Of a DNA stretch of 64,000 bases, positions 47,825 through 56,847 are shown one piece after another (position 1 is the stretch's first letter; the number at the start of each line of letters is the position of its first letter). Made by a program: the position numbers and the translations under genes. The DNA is from Clostridiales bacterium (lineage in GTDB: Bacteria > Bacillota > Clostridia > Christensenellales > JAISNN01). The stretch is from positions 207 through 64,206 of the forward strand of contig JAISOS010000033.1 of NCBI GenBank assembly GCA_031275485.1, written 5' to 3'. A model generated the notes under the pieces. The model did not search any database and was not told the origin of the DNA. It worked only from the letters and a program-made list of their open reading frames with translations.

Positions 47825-48814
47825 TCAGACCCGTATATTTAAATGCGCCGCTATGCTTTCCAAGAGAATTTTCCCCGCCGAAACGGGTGCGGCTTTCGCG
47901 GGCAACCCCGTCGCCCGCACAAAATTCACGCCGCTTTTTTTTAACGCCTCACGGTCGAAGCCGCCGGGCTCGGACGCCAATTCCAGCAAAAACACATCCT
48001 CTTTAAAGCGCGCCGCGATATGCTTGTTTATCAGCCGCGCCGGAACGGTGTTTATCGCCGCGTCGTATTCGTCAAAGCGCAAATCCCCGAACGAGCGGTA
48101 TTGCCCGTCGGAGAGCAGAGGCGCGGCGGCGTACTCGCTTCCGTCGAAAGTCAAAACGTCCACCTTACAAGAGAGAGCCTTAAAGCTCTTTGCGAGCGCC
48201 TTTCCGACTCTGCCGAAGCCGATTATAAGGATTTTCATATCGGCAAATACGATTTCCGTATTTTCGGCGACGAGCATAAGCGCGCCGTCCGCAGTTATCA
48301 TCGCGTTTTTGCAAGCGAAACCCTCCTCGTCGAATACGTTGACGAATTTTATGCGTTTTTTCGACAAAATATCGGCGGTCGAAGCGTTTTGGGTAAAGGC
48401 GAAAACCGTCGCGCCGTCAATCAGTCTTTCCGCCTCCGAATCGATTAGGCGCAGGGACGGCGGAAAAATATAAACGACGTCCGCGACGTCCGCTACGGAA
48501 TTTCCGTGATTTCTAAAATCGGCCGCATCTCCGAAATTTTTATAATTTGCCGCGTTTACCGCGTTTTCCGTTGAGAAATTCTCGGGATTTGCCGCGTTTA
48601 TTTCGTTTCCCGCTATGAAATTCTTAGAATTTATCCCGTTTACGGAACTCCCGAAACCGACAGAAGCGGAATCTGTTAAATCCACCCCGTCCACCGTATT
48701 TTTACCCCCCCCGCCGCCGTAGGGGAACACTTCGTATCCCAAATTTATAAGGCGTTTCGCGATATATTCGTACCGCCTGTCGCCGCGCATATCTATAACA
48801 AAATTGTAGTCCAT
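47825..48814 (-). CDS. dpaA: dipicolinate synthase subunit A with internal repeat insert
   Basis: N-terminus MDYNFVIDMRGDRRYEYIAKRL, NAD-binding ILIIGFGRVGKALA. Start is uncertain (ATG 48814 preferred over TTG 48862). Confidence 0.7.
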   Translation of the reverse strand: MDYNFVIDMRGDRRYEYIAKRLINLGYEVFPYGGGGGKNTVDGVDLTDSASVGFGSSVNGINSKNFIAGNEINAANPENFSTENAVNAANYKNFGDAADFRNHGNSVADVADVVYIFPPSLRLIDSEAERLIDGATVFAFTQNASTADILSKKRIKFVNVFDEEGFACKNAMITADGALMLVAENTEIVFADMKILIIGFGRVGKALAKSFKALSCKVDVLTFDGSEYAAAPLLSDGQYRSFGDLRFDEYDAAINTVPARLINKHIAARFKEDVFLLELASEPGGFDREALKKSGVNFVRATGLPAKAAPVSAGKILLESIAAHLNIRV

Positions 48815-49657
48815 CGCCGTTACCGCCGCCGCATTGTTTGTGTGGACGCCTCTAAATATCAACCCTTTTGTCGGAATTTTTGAGAAGCGCCTTATATTTT
48901 AATATATGTAATAAAAATTCTTAATGTTCTATACCGATATGTCAAATTTTTTCATTTGTTCCGCCCGCTTAAGCGCGTTGAAACCTTAATTTTTTCCTTC
49001 CGTTTGTTCCGTGCGCAAAATTTATTTCGCCTATTCCGCATACCGAAACTTTATGCGCCTTTCGTCATATACTGTTTAAGGAACGCATTGTTCTCCTACG
49101 GAAGATTACAATACGTATTCATAAATGAAAACGCGCGGCTTTTACGGATCTTTCATCGTTTTTTTCTTGTTGCCGGTTCAGACGGTAATAGGAAAAACGC
49201 CTTGAGCGCCGCAAAAGTCCCCCTCAAATCGGACGTTTTCATCCGTGAATTCGGGTTATAAAAAAACGGTCAATTTTTTCACGGCGGTTAGGCTCGGTAT
49301 GATTTTTCCTTTTATAAAAAACGATGAAATCACGCTGCGTTTGAGCCGCGAAACCAAAACGGGTACGCCCGATAACCGGGTAACGGGGAGACTTGCCGCC
49401 GACATACCTATGCAGTTTGGATTCTTACGCGAATTATTTGACAAGGAGCGGCAACCGAATTATACGCATACCCTTTCAGCGGGGCGCGAAAGCGCGGCGA
49501 ACGTATTCCTTTTAGCGGAGAATCTAACGAAAACCGGCAGCCGGATTATTCGCGTCGAACCCCGCGCCCTATCGGCGAGCAATCCGCGTACGGTATAAAT
49601 AACGACGGTAATACGTACGGTACGGCGGTATATGATAACGCGAGAGGAGGATCCGGC

Positions 49658-49930
49658 ATGCGCGCTCCGTTTAAAGAAACGTTTAACCCGTTCCAGCAAT
49701 ACGGCTATTCGGCGGCGGAATCCTCGGCGCGGCGCGGCTCCGGGCGCGAAAATGTCGGCTGTTTGCCGCCGAATCCGGTAAGGAGAGGCTTTTGCGGACG
49801 GCGTTACCCCGAGTCTGCCGATACGAATGTGTGTACGCCTTTCGGCTGTAAAAATTATACCGCTCCGCCCGACTTCTCGTTTCTCGAATTCGTAGACCCG
49901 GCCTCGCATATCTCGCCCCGCAACCGCTGA
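49658..49930 (+). CDS. hypothetical 90-aa protein (4 Cys, P/R/G-rich)
   Basis: ATG preceded by GAGAGGAGG at optimal spacing. No family recognised. Confidence 0.4.
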   Translation: MRAPFKETFNPFQQYGYSAAESSARRGSGRENVGCLPPNPVRRGFCGRRYPESADTNVCTPFGCKNYTAPPDFSFLEFVDPASHISPRNR

Positions 49931-49997
49931 AAACGCGAGCGACGGAAAGCTTACTTTTCTTAAAAAATCTCTTTCGGGTACGATAAATAAAATTATC

Positions 49998-50171
49998 CTA
50001 TTTTTTCCTTATCCCGCAGAACTCGGCGGCGGCACAGGTATCGCAACCACAATCACCGCAGTTGCGCCTTTCGCGTTCGTTTCCGAAGGGTTCGCGCCAT
50101 TTTATCAAAATGCCGAAAATTTTAAACGCGCAAAGCGAAACCGATACGATTACGAAATCTATAAACCTCAT
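49998..50171 (-). CDS. FeoB-associated Cys-rich membrane protein
   Basis: 57 aa with one TM (FIDFVIVSVSLCAFKIFGILI) and a C-terminal CGDCGCDTC cluster. Immediately downstream of feoB. GGAGA SD before ATG 50171. Confidence 0.55.
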   Translation of the reverse strand: MRFIDFVIVSVSLCAFKIFGILIKWREPFGNERERRNCGDCGCDTCAAAEFCGIRKK

Positions 50172-50334
50172 TTTTTCTCCCATTTTTTTAAAATACGGAT
50201 GTTACGGGTTTTTGTAATAAAAATGATATCCGGCGCAGGCTTATCCGCCGCGAAAATTCATAACCCTATAATTTAAAAAAGGGGAACTCTCCTTCTAAAA
50301 ACCTCTCTTTTCGCCCGACTTTTTTATAGCCGGC

Positions 50335-52557
50335 CTAAAAAATCAAGCTAAACAGCCTGTATCCGGCAAACGCGGCGAGCCATGCTATGGTCAACTGATA
50401 AGCTACGGCGGCGGCGAAATATTTATTCGATTGCATTTCCTTTTTTTGTGTTGCCAGCGCGGCGACGCACGGCGTATACAACAGCGTAAAAATCAAAAAC
50501 GAACACGCCGACGCAACCGAGAACGCGTCGTTCAGGGCGGAGGGATTCAACGATGGTTTAAAGAGGATCTCTAATGTTCCCGCGACCGCCTCCTTTGCGG
50601 TAACGCCCGCGAGCAAAGCCGTGACGGCGCGCCAATCGCCGAAGCCTAACGGGCGGAAAATAAAGACCGCCGCCTTTCCGATATGCGCCAATATGCTCTC
50701 GTCGGCGTTCGCCGCCGCACTCAACGCGGGTGTGAAATTTTGCATAATCCAGACTGCGGCGGAGGCCGCCGCGATGACCGTTCCGGCTTTCAGGACAAAC
50801 TCCTTCAGCCGTTCGCCTACGCTCAATCCCATATTTTTCAGCGAGGGCAAGCGGTACTCGGGTAATTCCATAATGAAACCGGCTTGCGCGTCCTTAGTTA
50901 TGAATTTTTTTATAAGCAGAGCGGCGAGCGCGGCGGCTACGCCGAGTATGTAGAGCAAAAAAATTACTGCCGGCGCGTGATTCGGAAAAAACGCGTCCGC
51001 TATCACGGCGTATACGGGCAAACGCGCCCCACACGACATAAAGGGCACGACCGCCATGGTCAGTTTCCGCTGTCCGTCGTTTTCAAGCGCGCGCGCGGCG
51101 ACAAGCGCGGGCACACTGCAACCGAAGCCCATCAACATGGGTATTACCGATCTGCCGGACAGCCCGAATTTTCTCAGAATTTTGTCGAATATGAACGCCG
51201 CGCGCGCCATATATCCCGAATCCTCCAAAAGGGAGAGCGCGACGAATAGCAGCGCGATTTCAGGCAGAAAGCCGAGCGCCGCGCCCACGCCCGGGAGTAC
51301 GCCCTCGCAAATCAAGCGATACAAAAAATCGCTTACGCCGATACGCGGCAGCAGGGACGCCGCCGCGCCGGTTACGAAACGCCCGTAGAGCCGGTCGAAC
51401 GCAGCCTTGAGCGTCTGCCCCGGCGCGCCGAACGCGAAGAAAAACACCGCGAGCATTATGCCGAAAAAAATCGGAACGGCAAGGAATTTATGCGTAAAAA
51501 GCGCGTCCGGATTTAGCCGCCGCACGCAAACGCCGGCTTTGCCGTTTACGTTTTTTCCGCTTTTTTTATTACATTCCGCATCGGCGTATTTACTGCCTAT
51601 CTCAGCGTTTCCTCCGTATTCGCGCGCGTTTTTTTTTCTCTCTTTGCCGTCGCGGAACGTCCGCACTTCGCTTAGGAGCGATTCGATAAAGAGATATTTC
51701 TGATTCGCCGCGCACATATCCAAAGGCTGTCCTATACCTTTGGCGTACCGCTCGGCGCGCGTCGTAACTGCGTACAGCCGCGCCTTTTCATCAATCAAGC
51801 CGCATTCGCCCGTGTCAAAAAGCCTTAACGCCTCGTAACGCGGAAAGGCTTTTTCGCCGCGAAAAAGCCTTTCCGCATCCGAAATGATCTCCTCAAATTC
51901 GGCGGTATAGAAGCGCGGATTTTCCGTTGTTTTAGGGTCGTAAAAACGCGGATTTTCTTCACCGATTTTCATCGTTCCGGAGCCGTGAAAACATGGATTT
52001 TCCGCCGTACCGCGCGCTATGCCCAAAAGCCTTTTCATACCCGTTCCCTTTGCCGCCGAAATCGGCGCGACGGGTATGCCCAGTCCGTCGGACAGTTTAG
52101 AAAAATCGATAAAAATTCCGCGCTTTTCCAAAACGTCCGCCATATTGACGGCGACTATAACGGGCTTGCCCGTCTCTATTAGTTGCAAGGTCAAATAGAG
52201 TCCGCGCTCGATATTCACTCCGTCTATTATATTAATCACGGCGCGGCACTCGTCGGAAAGAATAAAATCCCTGGAAATATTCTCCTCCTGAGTATAAGCG
52301 TAAAGCGAGTACAATCCCGGCAGGTCGGTGATTAAAAGCCCCTTTCCTCCTTCGCCCTTGGGCGAGCCCGTTCGCTTTTCTACCGTTACGCCCGGCCAGT
52401 TTCCGACATATCGATTCTCGCCCGTCAGCGCGTTAAAAAACGAGGTTTTTCCCGAATTCGGATTACCCGCCAACGCAAAATTGAAAGGCGGCGTTTTTTC
52501 CGAATTCGGATTGCCAGACGGCGCGGAATCAAAAAAAAACCGTAAAATTTTTTTCAT
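50335..52557 (-). CDS. feoB: ferrous iron transporter FeoB
   Basis: G-domain (AGNPNSGKTSFFNALTG, DLPGLYSL) plus a polytopic permease domain. N-terminal duplication and an internal insert. Confidence 0.9.
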   Translation of the reverse strand: MKKILRFFFDSAPSGNPNSEKTPPFNFALAGNPNSGKTSFFNALTGENRYVGNWPGVTVEKRTGSPKGEGGKGLLITDLPGLYSLYAYTQEENISRDFILSDECRAVINIIDGVNIERGLYLTLQLIETGKPVIVAVNMADVLEKRGIFIDFSKLSDGLGIPVAPISAAKGTGMKRLLGIARGTAENPCFHGSGTMKIGEENPRFYDPKTTENPRFYTAEFEEIISDAERLFRGEKAFPRYEALRLFDTGECGLIDEKARLYAVTTRAERYAKGIGQPLDMCAANQKYLFIESLLSEVRTFRDGKERKKNAREYGGNAEIGSKYADAECNKKSGKNVNGKAGVCVRRLNPDALFTHKFLAVPIFFGIMLAVFFFAFGAPGQTLKAAFDRLYGRFVTGAAASLLPRIGVSDFLYRLICEGVLPGVGAALGFLPEIALLFVALSLLEDSGYMARAAFIFDKILRKFGLSGRSVIPMLMGFGCSVPALVAARALENDGQRKLTMAVVPFMSCGARLPVYAVIADAFFPNHAPAVIFLLYILGVAAALAALLIKKFITKDAQAGFIMELPEYRLPSLKNMGLSVGERLKEFVLKAGTVIAAASAAVWIMQNFTPALSAAANADESILAHIGKAAVFIFRPLGFGDWRAVTALLAGVTAKEAVAGTLEILFKPSLNPSALNDAFSVASACSFLIFTLLYTPCVAALATQKKEMQSNKYFAAAVAYQLTIAWLAAFAGYRLFSLIF

Positions 52558-52620
52558 ATAAAATTATATGACGCCGAAAAAAATTTACGACGCGTTTTTT
52601 AGAGGAATAAACGTTTTTTT

Positions 52621-52678
52621 AAATTTACGAGGGGGAGGATACAAAATGCCCGCCCGCGCTCCTTTCTAAAAAACTTCC
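52621..52678 (-). repeat. REP1 hairpin element (diverged)
   Basis: aaatttacgagggggagg..cccgcccgcgctcctttctaaaaaacttcc. Lies 64 bp upstream of the feoB ATG. Confidence 0.55.
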
Positions 52679-52990
52679 ATGCGTTACATGATTACGTTCA
52701 AATAAAGCGGCTCAGTTACGTTTTTTGTGAAATACAAAAAAGCGGCGCGGTCTTGTTTTTTTAATATAAAGAAGCGGCGCGACGGATTTTTCGGTAAAAA
52801 GGCGTCTCTTTTGAAAAAAACGTCTTTAAAAAGACGTTTTTTTCACAAAATGACGTATTATTTGCGGAACGAGACTTTTTCAAATCCAATTACCGCCGAT
52901 ATTGCCACGCCCGTAAACGGTCGCCGCCATTTCAAAATGGGACGGCTGACGGGGCGCGGATTTCCTCTCAAATATGAAATATTTTGTTTG

Positions 52991-53054
52991 CAGTTTTTTG
53001 GAAAGGGGTGCGGGGGAAACCTTTTGTTCACAAAATGTTTCCCCCGCTTAATTT
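52991..53054 (+). repeat. REP1 hairpin element
   Basis: cagttttttggaaaggggtgcgggggaaacctttt-gttcac-aaaatgtttcccccgcttaattt. Lies 17 bp from the citrate synthase stop. Confidence 0.75.
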
Positions 53055-53070
53055 TTTTTAAACAAAAAAA

Positions 53071-54459
53071 CTATCTTTTATCTAAAGGAACGTATTCCTT
53101 ATATTCGCCTATGCATTTATAATTCGGGCGTATAATCTTGCCGTTATTCGACAGCTCCTCGATTCTGTGCGCAGACCAGCCGACGATACGCGCTATGGCG
53201 AAAATCGGCGTAAACAGTTCGCTCGGCATGCCGAGCGTTGAATTGACAAAGCCGGAATAGAAGTCTACGTTAGGAGCGACGCCCTTATATATATGTCTTT
53301 TTTCGCCGATAATTTCGGGCGCGAGTCTCGCGACCTTGTCGTAGAGTTCGTACTCCTCGCCAAACCCTTTCGCCTCGGAGAACTCCTCAATATGCCGTTT
53401 CAGAATGACCGCGCGCGGATCCGAGAGCGAATAGACGGCGTGTCCCATGCCGTAAATCAGTCCCGACCTGTCGAACGCCTCCTTTTCCAGCAGCTTACTC
53501 AAATATTCGCTTACGCTCGCGTCGCTTCCGTCCTTTATATTTTTCTTCATATCGTCGAACATCTGGACGACCTTGATATTCGCGCCGCCGTGCCGCGGTC
53601 CCTTCAAAGAACCCATCGCCGCCGCCACGGAAGAATATGTATCCGAGCCGGAGGATGACACGACGTGCGTCGTAAAGGTGGAGTTGTTACCGCCGCCATG
53701 CTCGGCGTGCAATACGAGCATAAGGTCTAGAATTTTCGCCTCTATCTCCGAATACTTGCTGTCCGGACGGAGAGTGTGCAATATCGTCTCCGCCGTCGAA
53801 AGCTCGGGCGCCGGATGATGGATTATCAGACTGTCAAAATCATGATAATGCTTATGCGCCCAATACGAATAGACGGACAGCAACGGGAATTGCGCTATCA
53901 GTTGCAGACTCTGCCTTAGCACGTTGGAAATGGAAATGTCGTCGGGATTGTCGTCGTAGGAATAGAGCGTCAGCACGCTTCTGGCTATGCCGTTCATGAG
54001 ATCTTTAGACGGCGCTTTCATTATGACGTCGCGCACGAACGACTCGGGCAGTATTCTGAATCCCGCGAGAATCTCTTTGAACATTTTCAGCTGTTTTTTT
54101 GTCGGCGGGTTGCCGAACAGCAGAAGATACGCCACCTCCTCAAACCCGAACCGTTCCTCGCTCATAAAGCCGGTCACGATATTCTTTATATCGATTCCTC
54201 TGTACCGCAAAATGCCGTCGCAAGGATGTTTTTTGCCATCCGCGTCGGTCTCGAACGCCTTTATGTCCGAAATATCGGTAAGCCCCGCAAGTACGCCGTT
54301 GCCCTCCAGGTCGCGCAAACCTCTCTTTACGTCGAATTTGTAATACCACGAATTGTCTATCTCCGTACTCTCGCGCGCAAGCTCGGCGAGTCTCTTTATT
54401 TTCGGCATTACGTCGTCCAGAAATTCTTGATACGCTGCGGTGTATGTGGTGTTGGTCAT
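53071..54459 (-). CDS. citrate synthase
   Basis: 462 aa with LHAEHGGGNNSTF, GPRHGGAN and GMGHAVY motifs. AAGGAGGG SD. Confidence 0.9.
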   Translation of the reverse strand: MTNTTYTAAYQEFLDDVMPKIKRLAELARESTEIDNSWYYKFDVKRGLRDLEGNGVLAGLTDISDIKAFETDADGKKHPCDGILRYRGIDIKNIVTGFMSEERFGFEEVAYLLLFGNPPTKKQLKMFKEILAGFRILPESFVRDVIMKAPSKDLMNGIARSVLTLYSYDDNPDDISISNVLRQSLQLIAQFPLLSVYSYWAHKHYHDFDSLIIHHPAPELSTAETILHTLRPDSKYSEIEAKILDLMLVLHAEHGGGNNSTFTTHVVSSSGSDTYSSVAAAMGSLKGPRHGGANIKVVQMFDDMKKNIKDGSDASVSEYLSKLLEKEAFDRSGLIYGMGHAVYSLSDPRAVILKRHIEEFSEAKGFGEEYELYDKVARLAPEIIGEKRHIYKGVAPNVDFYSGFVNSTLGMPSELFTPIFAIARIVGWSAHRIEELSNNGKIIRPNYKCIGEYKEYVPLDKR

Positions 54460-54516
54460 TTTTATGCCCTCCTTTTTCCGTGAGATTGAGATTTTTTATT
54501 CTTTTATTCTTTTTTT

Positions 54517-54554
54517 AATTTACGCGGGGGAAAGCCCCCTTCCAAAAGACCTCC
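54517..54554 (-). repeat. REP1, internally deleted copy
   Basis: aatttacgcgggggaaagcccccttccaaaagacctcc. Lies 58 bp upstream of the citrate synthase ATG. Confidence 0.5.
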
Positions 54555-54646
54555 TCATTTAAAACGCGTTCGGTCGGACCGTCCGTAGCGAAAACTAACC
54601 GATATCCCTTTCCGGAAACGGTCGCGCCACAAAAAAGCGGGCAATC

Positions 54647-54713
54647 CATGACGGCGGAGAAAACCTTTTCTGAATAAAAGACTTTCCCCCGCGCCCCTTT
54701 CCAAAAGACCTCC
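54647..54713 (-). repeat. REP1 hairpin element
   Basis: catgacggcggagaaaacc..gactttcccccgcgcccctttccaaaagacctcc. Second copy in the same orientation as 54517. Confidence 0.65.
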
Positions 54714-55314
54714 GTATTTTGTGCATACCGGATAAACTACCCGCAATTTAAGCCGTCGGGATATTCCCTTTCGGGCAAAAAACTTTTAATCAAAGAAGTT
54801 TTTCAAAAATCGAATATCGCGAAAGCAAAAAAGCGTTGCCCGCAATAACAAACCATAATAATAAACGCGAAAAACAACATTACCGTTGCCTAACCTCACA
54901 CACGCGCGAAACAGCGTTTCAAAGGCATACGGACGGGTATAAGCATATTACCCAAGTTAAGCATTTACAACCGACGAACGCTTTATTATGCCCGGCGTTA
55001 TATACCGCCTCGATTATATGCCTACGCCGTCAAAACTTAACGCGGCGCCTACGCATATCCTTACCTTATATCCCTATCGGAAACTTCAAGAGGCTTACTA
55101 AGCCGAAATAAGCGCGCCTTGCCGCCCCGCCGCGCGGAGAACGTCTTCGATCGTTTTATTACCGAAAATTCCCAAAATTCCCGATCAAACGAACTAAACG
55201 AAAAAATACCGCCGAAATAAGCGCGCCTCGCCGCCATGGGAGCGTTTTCGGCAGTTTAAGACATGGAAGCCGCTAAAATTGTAAACGAAAATCCTGTCAA
55301 GTCTTACCTGTACG

Positions 55315-56169
55315 CTATTCGAGATAATATCCGAAAACAAAGCCGTTTTTATCCTCCCAATCCGCGATTATTTCCCTTTGCGCCCCCGTGCCGAGCGTTT
55401 TACAAACCGCCTCTCCGCTCCGTTTATCCGAAGCCTCCGCGCAAATGATTTTTTCGTTCCCCGCTATCGCTTCCGCGACGGTTTTATGTCCCTCGGTTAT
55501 AAACAACGCGCCGCCCGCTCTCGCGAGTTTTATGGGCTTGGTCAAGTCTCTCCCGATTTCCGAAAATTTCCTTGTCGGATATACATTTTTCGGCGAAACG
55601 CGGTATTTGACAAACGGCCGTTTCGCCGAGAACGCCGCGTATGCCGAAAGAATTATTTTCGCCGCCGTTTCGGTGTCCGCGTCCGACGTATCGACGATCA
55701 AATCATAATTTTCATAGTCGTCGCAATCGACGCCGTAGAACTCATTGAATCGTTCGGTTTCGATCGCCCGTCGCCTTATCAGCCCGCCCGCCGCGTCCTC
55801 CAAGGACGAGTATTTTTCTTCCTCCGAAACTCTGTTTGAAAAGACACGCCGCGCCGCCGCCGCAGGCGCGACTAAAAGGAACACCTTGAAAGATTCCTTT
55901 ATAAAATGCCACGCCAGCCGCGAATCGAAAACTATATCGCGTCCCGAATTTTCACGCGCGTATTTTTTCATCTCGCCGTCTATCAACAGATCTGTATTTT
56001 TATCTTTCGCAAGCAACGCGTTAAATTCCAAAGTCGAAAGATTCATTTCTTTTGCAAGTCTTCTGTGAATCGTTCCGGTCGAAAAAATTTCAAAGCCCTT
56101 TTGTTCCTTGAAATAAGCGCAAAGCGTACTTTTGCCGCTCCCCAATTGTCCGCTGAGAGAAATAATCAT
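55315..56169 (-). CDS. cytidylate-kinase-like P-loop protein fused to a ParB/Srx-like C-terminal domain
   Basis: N-terminus IISLSGQLGSGKST plus a CMP-kinase-like body. C-terminal ~100 aa has VSPKNVYPT ... PIKLA ... LFITEGHKTVAEAIAG, resembling the ParB/Srx DGHHR core. ATG 56169 follows a GAGGAAG SD. Confidence 0.55.
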   Translation of the reverse strand: MIISLSGQLGSGKSTLCAYFKEQKGFEIFSTGTIHRRLAKEMNLSTLEFNALLAKDKNTDLLIDGEMKKYARENSGRDIVFDSRLAWHFIKESFKVFLLVAPAAAARRVFSNRVSEEEKYSSLEDAAGGLIRRRAIETERFNEFYGVDCDDYENYDLIVDTSDADTETAAKIILSAYAAFSAKRPFVKYRVSPKNVYPTRKFSEIGRDLTKPIKLARAGGALFITEGHKTVAEAIAGNEKIICAEASDKRSGEAVCKTLGTGAQREIIADWEDKNGFVFGYYLE

Positions 56170-56253
56170 ATTCCGGCTTCCTCGCAATAATGCTGTTTTT
56201 TAATTTAAATAATATGCTTCTTAGCGTGTTTTTTAATAAATTAAAACTTCGCC

Positions 56254-56640
56254 TTTTAGATAATTACGGTTTTTCCGTATTTTCTACAACGCTTTTTTCG
56301 CTAAAAACGCCGCTTTTTCACATGTTTTTCGATGAGTTTTTTGGGTAAAATCACCGCTTTACCGCGCGTTTTTTCGATACGCTTTTTAGGCGAATTTACC
56401 GTTTTTTACGTGTTTTTTAATATGTCTTGTCACTAAAACCGCCGCTTTTTTACGTGTTTTTCGATGAGTTTTTTGGGTAAAATCACCGCTTTACCGCGCG
56501 TTTTTCCGATACGTTTTTTAGGCGAATTTACCGTTTTTTACGTGTTTTTACAACGCTTCTGTCGCTAAAGCCGCCGTCTTTTCGCGTTTTTAAATACGTC
56601 CTTTTAGACCAAATCACCGCTTTTCACACATTGAAAATAA
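56254..56640 (+). repeat. 132-bp tandem repeat (2 full and 2 partial units) of T-tract-rich sequence
   Basis: Units start at 56299, 56431 and 56563 (cgctaaaaacgccgctttttcacatgtttttcgatgagttttttgggtaaaatcaccgctttaccgcgcg...). The two full units are nearly identical. Confidence 0.8.
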
Positions 56641-56847
56641 TACGTTTTGTATATTTGTATAAACGCAATTTCTCCGCATTTTAAATAATACGCTTTTTAG
56701 GCAAATACGGTTCTTAATTTCAAAAATTGCGTTTTTTTAATTTTAATAACGCCGTTTTCGCAAAAAAGGCATACGCCGTAAACACCCGTAACTCGAAGCC
56801 GTTTCGCCCTGCCGAACGCAAATTACGGCGCAAAACGCAAATCAATT

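Noticed and set aside
49383-49398. B12-box-like ACGGGGAGACTTGCCG
   Set aside because: It is an isolated match. The other cobalamin-riboswitch blocks (AGGGAA, GGTGNAAATCC, GCCACTG) are absent, and the position is 260 nt from the ORF.
49245-49598. 117-aa GTG-initiated ORF
   Set aside because: It has no SD and no recognisable family, and it lies within the GC-rich stretch treated as a candidate leader or remnant. Coding status is unsupported.
56254-56640. Possible CRISPR array
   Set aside because: The units are 132 bp and directly abutting, with no unique spacers. There is no repeat of 24-48 bp and no cas genes are nearby. It is an ordinary tandem repeat.
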